A stretch of 62,806 nucleotides of DNA, the filler included, from Chrysochromulina tobinii (lineage: Eukaryota), in assembly GCA_001275005.1 (NCBI GenBank). It is 7 parts of 7 records of this genome, joined end to end, with 100 filler letters (N's around TTAATTAATTAA, not from the genome) between each part and the next. Parts side by side here need not be neighbours in the genome. Positions count along the whole stretch, not along the records: positions 38,534 to 58,696 come from JWZX01000459.1; positions 58,797 to 62,806 come from JWZX01000461.1; 5 more parts are not named here. One strand, 5' to 3'. This document shows, one piece after another, positions 55,401-62,806 of this stretch. The notes beneath the pieces are model-generated. The model saw only the letters and a program-made list of their open reading frames with translations, searched no databases and was not told the DNA's origin. How positions within the stretch are numbered: position 1 is the first letter of the stretch; each line of letters opens with the position of its first letter. The position numbers were made by a program, and so were the translations under genes.

Positions 55401-55803
55401 GGATCTGCTCGCGCGAGTCCTTCCGGCAGAGGTGTGCGACTGGTGGCGGCGCTCGGGGCGGCCGGCCTGCTCGGCCTGTGCGCAAGCTCTTGGCGAAGCA
55501 GCACGGGAGCGTTGGTGGCCTGCCATGCTTGCCGGATACTGCACTGTCGTCTCGAGGGTGGCCCACGGCGCGGACATGCTGCGTGGGCGCCTGGGTACAT
55601 CGCGCATGGGTCGCTTGGCTCCAGGGAGCAGTGCCGTGCCCACGAGTGCGGAGGAGGGGGCCGACTTGGCCGAAGAGGACGCTGGGCTCGACAATTCGGA
55701 AGATGGCGAGGAGGAGGAGGAGGTGGGGGAGGGGAAGGAGGCCGACAGACCTACTCAGGGCTGTAGTGAAATTCAGACAGTAATCAGCGACCATATCTAT
55801 TAA
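52468..55803 (+). CDS. Cell-surface protein: PAN/Apple-like Cys domain, poly-Pro, FN3-like repeats, one transmembrane helix, acidic tail
   Basis: CNSCRMLCSSESTCKGFQ...CELW; CSSIDLRWPAP; VEGLTSGTSYEFRL; VSPLALYEFRA; AIALALLVLVLVVPIAAAYF. Confidence 0.75.
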   Translation: MTTISFRLIGSGGCAYRFANDTSADYYARSASAKTCNSCRMLCSSESTCKGFQCLVAGGTGSCELWKFRPRYIAPVAPTLASECWELLDPFAKEGFHYPSPPPPPVPAPPPPPPPPPPPPPAPSPPPAPPPTPPPPPFWGCPQQSIACLRVSLPCDPTQSICDGVAEPILDPHNGATLPAMSAGCTQAMQRERAEYAVDYEPAGVDEEGRTHFRALQHAGLTAQLHLYYTEPSARFSPSRFSEWVFSRERSEAVYLGDPNARAPDLILRVSDQPSLKGMVPFGTHAWQQQQQASTCQEASARGAGATATRAWVRIECVLCATGLLAGAAAVGGGGMQSRPLEPLPVRTGCSSIDLRWPAPRPPYWGIDVPPPERYRLRVAPTSADSVSTSVWKTGVVELTVMASQQSALNFAHVEGLTSGTSYEFRLAPSIGSTRTAGVPGAISGAISSVTWGAYGPPVVLTTGVSSDLMMVWPLELTVVLAPPATRRGRSVEGAPPPLSCRALHFLVPPPPDCQGFTMEMEWLLPSVQDHDRASSLWQPCSACTIGTLTADGQRVVTVAGVSPLALYEFRAKLVRRNAMPLSPSAGAETAPSEERFGPATPPVLAGWIPTDLLAAPTVHATSSASFELIVPRDPAAQCRQQVGQPIDWEVEVRQRSQAGSALHAAAATWLAIHRSDILSVQQSSASASTSHVEISRVEIHSLRCPSGCDFRLRPTNVMGAAAHAAAYATASSPSLPPRRTLGADRIELKLQQAPLTGTRTSTPMSGLVGEGGVSSKVAEGEQAREHEKLHALEQQFNDEMVSVLQVRRESVHLVEPRASLRYVIVDLAPGLARTLVDALRLRAQAFQCVPTHMVERLWSLRAAAILCERLRDAPLLSHIDLSGGVLLQSVQDASIWIQLAPTLVRDEGILIEQTADVGGGSDGGAIALALLVLVLVVPIAAAYFSSIHNATASARVICTTASSAGAEALITVALGLEDLLARVLPAEVCDWWRRSGRPACSACAQALGEAARERWWPAMLAGYCTVVSRVAHGADMLRGRLGTSRMGRLAPGSSAVPTSAEEGADLAEEDAGLDNSEDGEEEEEVGEGKEADRPTQGCSEIQTVISDHIY

Positions 55804-55819
55804 TTGCTTTCGAAATTAC

Positions 55820-56914
55820 ATGCACTCTGTGACCATAAATGGCAAAGTCCCCTCTTTCCTTTTACAAAGCGACCCCGATTGGAGGACCTCTTGGGGCGCG
55901 TCACAGCCAGAAGGCGTGCGACCAACTCCCATTCTCCTGCGAAGACTCATGCCGAAGCCATTGGCATGGGGACCCTTTAGTGTCACTCCATTCACGTTCG
56001 ACCAAGTCTACTTCCTCGTGACGCTAGTCTGCTATTTACCGGCCGTGGTTCTCCTCTGGCGCTCGTGGGTCATGAAGCCCTTCAAGCAATGGGCGGCCTG
56101 CTTGCATGAGTTCTCGCACGCCCTCGGCGCCTGGGCAACCTGTAACTCGGTGACAAGCATCGAGGTGCACGGCGACGAGGGGGGTCTCACACGCTGGAAG
56201 GGGAACAACGTCGAATGCGGCAGACACGTAGTGCTCCCCGCGGGTTACATGGGCTCGTGTTTCTGGGGCTGTCTGATCGTGTTCAGCTGCTGCGACCCGA
56301 TGTTCATGCAGGTCGTTGCGCTGCTCCTGTGCGTGGCGCTCCTCATCTGCCTGCTGTACGCCTTCATCGGCCAGACCGAGGAGGCACCGGACCGCTTACC
56401 GCTCATCATCCTCAGCTTGAGCTTCACGCTCGTCATCGGGGGCGTGGCGACAGTGTGCTTTTTTCTGCCGTGGCACCCGCTTCTCGAGGCGCTGATGCTC
56501 TGGCTCGGCGCCCTCAACATCGTGTACGCGACCCTCGACATCTACGACGACACCGTGGCTCGCACCGACGAGCGCTCGGACGCGTATCAGTACGCCAAGC
56601 TCTGGGGCCCATGCTGCTTCGCCAAGTGTGTGGGCGCGATCTGGCTGACGGCGTCAGTCTTCGTGCTCCTCACGGTCACAGGATGGACGTGGACCTGGCT
56701 GGCCCGAAGCGAGGGCGATGTGAACTGGCACGCCTTGCTGCCCGGCCCGATCGTGCTCAGCCTCGCCGTGCTGCTGAGGATCGGGTTAGGGTTTGTCGGC
56801 GCGGGCGCGGGCGAGGAAAAACCGCTCCTTCCTGACGGCGGGAAGGATAAACGGGGGTTCGACGAAGCAAAGGCGACTGATTTCCTGCGCAGCAAGGTCA
56901 TGGGTAAAGTGTAA
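55820..56914 (+). CDS. Peptidase M50B-like intramembrane metalloprotease (start may be the ATG near 55949)
   Basis: LHEFSHAL zinc motif, EGGLT, LPAGYMGS, DIYDDTV...SDA; multiple transmembrane segments. Confidence 0.88.
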   Translation: MHSVTINGKVPSFLLQSDPDWRTSWGASQPEGVRPTPILLRRLMPKPLAWGPFSVTPFTFDQVYFLVTLVCYLPAVVLLWRSWVMKPFKQWAACLHEFSHALGAWATCNSVTSIEVHGDEGGLTRWKGNNVECGRHVVLPAGYMGSCFWGCLIVFSCCDPMFMQVVALLLCVALLICLLYAFIGQTEEAPDRLPLIILSLSFTLVIGGVATVCFFLPWHPLLEALMLWLGALNIVYATLDIYDDTVARTDERSDAYQYAKLWGPCCFAKCVGAIWLTASVFVLLTVTGWTWTWLARSEGDVNWHALLPGPIVLSLAVLLRIGLGFVGAGAGEEKPLLPDGGKDKRGFDEAKATDFLRSKVMGKV

Positions 56915-57342
56915 GCGCAGCTTTGGCGCCAGGGTGCGCGGTACCCTCGCCTTATATGGGCGCAACGATACGTCGGAGCATGCGCGCCATCGATGCCCCA
57001 TATCGCTAAGCCAAACGCGGTGAGTGTACAGGAGCGCGCGTCTGTACTTTCGAGCTTTCATTCTCCCATATCGAAAATCGACCGGCCCGCGTAGCGAAAG
57101 GTGCGCGCGCGAGATAGCAGATACATCAAGACTCACGCTAATGAGACGCGTACGGATGAGCGATGCGCGCCCCGTCGGCGTCCCTGCGGGTCCCTCCCGT
57201 CCGCCACGCCCCCCCCGACGTGCGACGGTCATGGCGACGATGCTCGATCAAAGCTCGATGTGGCGTGGGCCTTACAGGTACCGCTTACGCGGTAGACAAC
57301 TTGGTGCCCGCCGCCTAGCCCGCCGCCGCCTCTTCCGCCTCC

Positions 57343-58503
57343 CTAACCACCGCCGCCTTCGCCCTGACCTCTCTCCATCATCGCCGCAGCGCCTGCGGCG
57401 ATGAAGTCGGCATTGCTCCTCTTCACTTGAAGTCTCTTCTGAATCTGCAGCCATTGCTGGAGTGCCAGGCTTTCCGGCGTCGCCTCAAGAGGGCGCTTCA
57501 GGTTCGGGGGCTGCCCCGGAGGAGAGCTCAAAGGCGCCGTGCCATCAAGGGTGGAGGAGGCGGCGGCAGCGGCCGAGGCAGCCTTGTTCTCGCCAAGCTC
57601 CACGGCACGCCACCGAGCTTCAAAACGCTCTGAGAGCATCGTATAACGCTCACGGCAGGAGACCGCTGAGTGACCAGGCAGCAGTTCGCCGATGTGTGAC
57701 CACTTGAAGCCAACGCGAGGCACGAGGCGCAGGAGGGACTTCTCCTCATCCTCTGTCCAGCTGTTCTTCTTCGTGATCATCGCAGTGCATGCCGCGCCGC
57801 CGCCGCCGCCGCTGCCGGGGCCCCCCTTGCACCACTGGCAGTCAGGCCCGTCCAGACAGAGAACCTGCCTGCTCCCCTGCGTGTGGGACAGCCCTGCTGC
57901 CTGCTCCCAGATCGCATCTGAGATCTTGTCCAGCGACAAGTGGCGGCTACGATCGACACGCTGGTTAGTGTTCACGTTGGTTACATGCTGGTCGATAACG
58001 GTAGGACCAGCAGATGAGCCCGATGACCCCCAGATGACGCGAACCGGCTGTGACACGACACCGTGCAGGACAGCGCCCGTCTGAGCATCGAAGCTCTGCA
58101 CCAGAATGCGGAAGCGACGGGGATTGCCGTTGGCGTCTCTGTGGCGGCTGCTCAAACAGTGGGGTCCGAAACGAAGTTTGGAGAAGCGCGCACGTCCTTC
58201 GACGAGCCTCTGGACGGTGTCGCCGTGCAGCTTGGTGCAGGACCCATTCAACGTCCCACAGCAGGCACTTTTCACTGGGGTGTTGTCCTCGAAAACGGCC
58301 TCGGCTTGCAGCATGATCGGCGTGCCTTCGACTTTAGTTGCCGGGGAATCGTAGCGGGCCACCACCTCAATATAGAAGTCCTTCCCAAGAAAGGCCAAAT
58401 AGTCGGCGTTGCTCCGCGCTATGTGGACCTGGTGCTTCGTGATGTCGATGCGAAAGACCTTCTCCGCGGCGCTTGAGGTCCGAGCGGGAGCCGTGCCCTC
58501 CAT
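57343..58503 (-). CDS. Myb-domain transcription factor with N-terminal p53-like/CudA-like beta-sandwich domain
   Basis: KNSWTEDEEKSLLRLV...KWSHIGELLPGHSAVSCRERY (Myb/SANT); GRARFSKLRF...SSRH...RRFRILV...VVSQPVRV. Confidence 0.8.
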   Translation of the reverse strand: MEGTAPARTSSAAEKVFRIDITKHQVHIARSNADYLAFLGKDFYIEVVARYDSPATKVEGTPIMLQAEAVFEDNTPVKSACCGTLNGSCTKLHGDTVQRLVEGRARFSKLRFGPHCLSSRHRDANGNPRRFRILVQSFDAQTGAVLHGVVSQPVRVIWGSSGSSAGPTVIDQHVTNVNTNQRVDRSRHLSLDKISDAIWEQAAGLSHTQGSRQVLCLDGPDCQWCKGGPGSGGGGGAACTAMITKKNSWTEDEEKSLLRLVPRVGFKWSHIGELLPGHSAVSCRERYTMLSERFEARWRAVELGENKAASAAAAASSTLDGTAPLSSPPGQPPNLKRPLEATPESLALQQWLQIQKRLQVKRSNADFIAAGAAAMMERGQGEGGGG

Positions 58504-58928
58504 TGTTGCGTCACGAGGCAGCGTTATCTCCGAGGTGCGAGGCGCGAGGGGGGTGGGCGCGCGAGCGGTGGGCGCGAGGGGGGTGGGCCTACGCGGCGCC
58601 GCCTTGCTACTAAGGACGTGTAGGCACGATTCAGAGAGCTCGGCACTGCTCGCGTCTGCCTCGACGGCAAGAGGCTTTGGCTGCTCCGCTTCGTTGNNNN
58701 NNNNNNNNNNNNNNNNNNNNNNNNNNNNNNNNNNNNNNNNTTAATTAATTAANNNNNNNNNNNNNNNNNNNNNNNNNNNNNNNNNNNNNNNNNNNNGGGG
58801 GGCCCCCGGCCCCCCTGGGGCCCCCGTGGGCACGGCTTTGCCTTTGCTTGCTTGCTTGCCTTTGGGGGGGAGAAGAAGGCCTGACGAAACAAATATACAA
58901 AACGGGAAAATTGTCCGACAGCGCGAAC

Positions 58929-61900
58929 ATGGTCAGAAAAGAGGAGACCGCCGCCGGCCAGTGCGTGGCGTGCTTGACGCAGAAACAGGGCCTAAAGGCC
59001 AAAACGCGCCACGCGATATTCTGCCCGAAGGGCTCGAAGCAATCAGGCGGCAATTCCTCTTCCTCCCTGGCGACCAAAAACCACGGACCTGCTGTCGGTG
59101 GAGACGCATCCGTGATTGCTGGCACGCCGCCGCAATCCTCCGCGGCAACGGTCGCACCGAATGTTGCCACCGGCAGCGGATCCTTTCATCCGATCAGCGA
59201 CGAGGACGATGAGCATCTCTTTGGCGGGCCTTTACCCACGGCAGAGCACGCACACGCAGCTTCCTGTTCCACCGATGCCGTCTCGGCGCCCGTCGCAGGC
59301 GCCTCCTATCGCGCCGTCTCGGAAGCCCACCCGCGCGGCGCTGTCACAGCACGGAAGACGACGCAACTGACGCTATTCGGCGAGCGAGTGCCCGATCCCA
59401 ACACTTTGAGCACGGCAACTGCCGCAGCGAGCGAGCCGTCGAGCACGGCGAGTGCAGCCCCAAGCGAGCCGCAAGGAGCTCCGATCGCTGCCTCGTCAAC
59501 GATTACTGCCGCACCTCTGATCGCCGCTGCGCCACCGATCGCTGCCGGACCCGTGCCACCGATCGCCGCCGCACCACCACCGACGCTCGTGACGATTCAC
59601 ACGCCCACAACAGCGCTGCCTGATGTAATTGAGGATCGAATGCTTGAGATCATCTCGAGATCTGCAGAGTGCAACAAGGATATGCACATCCCCGTGCCCC
59701 TCCTTCGTGCTGCCATCTGCGCCGTCATCACCCACGCGCGCGAACAAGCCAGCGGCGTGCCCACCGACCTCATTAGCAAGCGCTTCCCCAAGTTGCTCCT
59801 CGCCGACTACGTCGAGTCCTGTGTTCACGGCGTGCCACAGCGCGACTACTACATGATGGGCGAGGACGCGACCGTCCTCATCTGTGACTGGCGCGTCTTT
59901 GGGCACACGCGCTTCAAGTGCAAGTGCGGCTCAGACTCCCTCACCGTGGTGCAGGATGAAAAGCTGTGCTGCGACAAGTACAGCTGCTTCACCTTGAAGC
60001 AAACCGGCCTGCTCTCGATCGACGTGCGCACTTTGTGCGTGTCGCCGGTGCTCTCATGCCGCGACTGCTCTCTTGTTGACCTGCCCATGCACGACGAGTT
60101 CATCCTCGCGCAGATCCCGGCCAGGCTGCGCCATCACTACCCCGTTGACCCAGCCTACGCCACGGGCGACTTTCACCTTAGCCGTGAGCTCACGCTGGAG
60201 CTTGAGGGGGTGTACACAAGCGGGTCGGCCGCCCTCGCCAACGTTCGAGACGCCATTGATCAGAAGATGGCGGTCCTGTACGAGCACGCCGCGATGCGAT
60301 GGCACCTTGCACGTTCTGAGTACCTTCAGCAGGGTCAGGTCACGGGCACGACGGTTGCGCTGGAGCCGATGGCGTTGAGTGCGGATCGCAAGCAGCTGTA
60401 CGGTGTCTTCCCAACCAGCGGCGCGCTTCAGAAGCGTGTCACAGCCAAGCTGCTCGCGGATGCCGCTCTGCGCACGCTCGAGCTGGCGAGCCTGCCCACC
60501 CCAGAGGGCGGCCTGCTGCATGTGTGCTCAGATGACTGCGATCGGCTTGCAAAGGATGTAAAGCTGCCGGATGGCGGCAGCAACCTGCGCAAGCTCCACC
60601 TCACTGTCTCCGCGCAGACCGGCCAGATTCTTGGCGCGGTGCTTACGCCAGACGGCGAGTTTGCGAGCCGCAAGCGGCACATCGAGGACGTCGCCACGCT
60701 CCATGGGCCACCGCGCATTTGGTCGCTCGACAACTTGCCCACCAACGAGAAGGAGTATAAGGCAGTGATGCCCTCCTCAACGCTCACAACCGACGCGTTC
60801 CACTTCTCGCGGCGCACCATCTCCACCCTGAGCTCGTACTCGTCCATGCATGGCCAAGTTGCTAAAAGGATTGCGGCGATGTACTTCCAGGTGCGCGAGA
60901 GGGGCGACCACTCGGTGCACTACTACATCACAGCCATGGAGACAGGTGCCGTGTGTAAGGGTGGCAAGTTCATGATCAAGCACGGCCGCGGCAGCACACC
61001 GGCGCTCTTCTTCACTTTCAAGCCTGATGCACCTCCACTCGACTACCCAGCGGGTGTCGAGCCAACGTGCAACCTCGTGGGGCCACGCATGCCCAGAGAG
61101 CTGGTGAGCGTGATCATCAATAACGGCTGCTTCTTTGACGGTCTCGAGGAGTCCTTGGCCAAGGACTGGCGCACGGTGGACGAGATCAAGGACTCGCTCA
61201 TATCCTTCCAGCGTGAGCTGCTCGACGCGCGCAAGGCCTACCAGAGTGCGCTCCAATTCGTTCGAGCGCAGCGAGCTCTGGGCGCTCCCTCGGCGGTGCT
61301 TCGGTCTCCAGTTGCCACCACCGCTCTGGCCATCCCTGCTGCGCCCACCGCTGCCATCGTGCCACTCGCCGAGGCCATTGGCACCATTGGCAGCGCCGCA
61401 GGCTCGTCGCGAGGCGCTCTCATCGCCTACTCGGACACGGTGGCCCCAGCTCCTCCAACAAGAGAGGCTATGGCGATGGCTATCGAGCGTGCGAGCGCAG
61501 CCGCTGCCCAGGCTGCGCGCGCGTGCTCCACCGCGCACATTGACCAGGTGGTCATCGACGAGACAGCCAGGGCAGCGGGCGAGGCCGCCGCGCATGCGCT
61601 TGCGCTCATGCGTGAGGACGAGGTGCATGGCGCCGAGCTCCTCTTCGCCGAGGCGCTGGTGCCGGCCTCCGGGGGCAGCACGCTGGGCGCCATCACATCG
61701 GGCGCAATGCAGTTGGTCAAGGAGGAGCGCGCTTTGCTGCACTCGACGCTTGAGAGCGACCCCACGCGCATGCAGCTGCTCAACGCGGTCGGCACATACT
61801 TCAATGAGCAGGGCACGCTGGAGCACACGTGCACGCACACGACATTACCGGCCCTGGAGCAGGCCATTATCAAGGTGCGACATCTCGATCGGCCACCTGA

Positions 61901-62693
61901 CGTCCCGCGCTACATCGTGATTGGCCAGGATGCGCGTGGCTTTGACATCTTGCGCTACCTCGACGGCACCAACCAGGGTGAGAACAAGTTCAGCTCGCTC
62001 GAGACCGTCTTCCAGTCCAATGGTGGCTACAGCCGCAATCTCTTTCACGGCGTCCTCCTCTCCAAGATTGCGCAGCTCAACGAGAAAGCTCGTATCAGCT
62101 ACCTCGGTGGCGAGGATCTGGGCCACTGTGACCTGCAGCTCGCTCGTGTCCACAACGAGCTGATGCGCAGCTTCGGCCAGCCACTCCCTCACCCAACGGT
62201 GCCACCCTTGATGCCGCGTGCGGAGGTCAAGCAAGTTGCGGACTACTACGACGACGAGATGCAGCGCAAGGCCGAGCGCAGTCAGGGCGGCACCTCTTCC
62301 TCTGGCTCCTCTTCCTCCAGCGCTCCCTACGTCCCAGCGGGATTGGACCCAACAGAGCTTGCTCTTGCGTTTCGCCAGCCTGTCGATCCCCGAGGGCCTG
62401 CGCCCAAGCGCCTTGTGCAGCTGCAGCCTTCCACCAGCCTGTCCGCTCTCCTTGAGATGGACAACCTGCCAGGCATTGTTCCGGGGATGAACACGTATGG
62501 CGAGGGCGCACGGGCTCAGATCTACTTCAACTTGAAGCGCCATTCAAAAAAGAGAGGCTTGTGCCCAGACGGGACAGATTCCCAATTCAAGAAATGCCCA
62601 TCACATGGCGTGTCCGGAACGCATGCTACATGGTGTGAGCATGGCATCATCAAGAGGCACAAGGAGATGCATGGTATTGATCTTGGTAAATGA
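58929..62693 (+). mobile_element. Zisupton/KDZ-like DDE transposase ORF (intact reading frame)
   Basis: Intronless ~1255-aa ORF. Zinc motifs CKCGS...CRDC and ILAQIPARLRHHYP; candidate catalytic motifs CSDDCDRLAK, TGQILGAVLT, SLDN, TDAFHF, GTNQGENKFSSL...NLFHGVLL...LNEKAR. G/C-rich palindromic sequence upstream. Confidence 0.65.
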
Positions 62694-62806
62694 CAGGCCG
62701 GAGGCGCGGTGACTGGTGTTGCTAATTACGCGCGGTACAGTTACGAGTTATTTCTGATAGTGTTCGTGAAAGTTACGAAAGTATCGTATGTATGATTACA
62801 CGTACT

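Noticed and set aside
38534..58696. Functional gene cluster or operon in the sixth segment
   Set aside because: The genes have unrelated functions and alternating orientations, which is ordinary compact eukaryotic arrangement.

Overview
GC-rich eukaryotic DNA. A haptophyte alga (Chrysochromulina/Prymnesium-like) is my inference from gene content, short GT-AG introns, TTAGGG repeats and repeat-built introns. The window is seven sequence segments joined by artificial N/TTAATTAATTAA/N spacers, so adjacency across spacers carries no biological meaning. Segment 1 is a ~135-bp multi-hairpin tandem array running into a frameshifted DIRS/Crypton-type tyrosine recombinase C-terminus. Segments 2 and 4 are Ty1/copia gag-pol fragments; segment 4 continues into a hAT-like remnant and inverted telomeric repeats. 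Segments 3, 5 and 6 are gene-dense host DNA: 2OG-Fe(II) oxygenase-PDZ, CtBP-like dehydrogenase, FHA-methyltransferase-like, parvulin-glycosyltransferase fusion, CHORD protein, WW-sulfotransferase, SpoU, small Tim, TLC, M50B peptidase and a Myb factor. Segment 7 is a Zisupton/KDZ-like transposase. The most unusual signals are three: (i) a gene whose six introns are built from microsatellites plus copies of their own exon junctions, one of them a copy of the spliced junction; (ii) a HET + putative deubiquitinase + U-box + PH + FYVE-like protein; (iii) the structured array next to the recombinase. All domain calls are by-eye motif recognition, with no database search.
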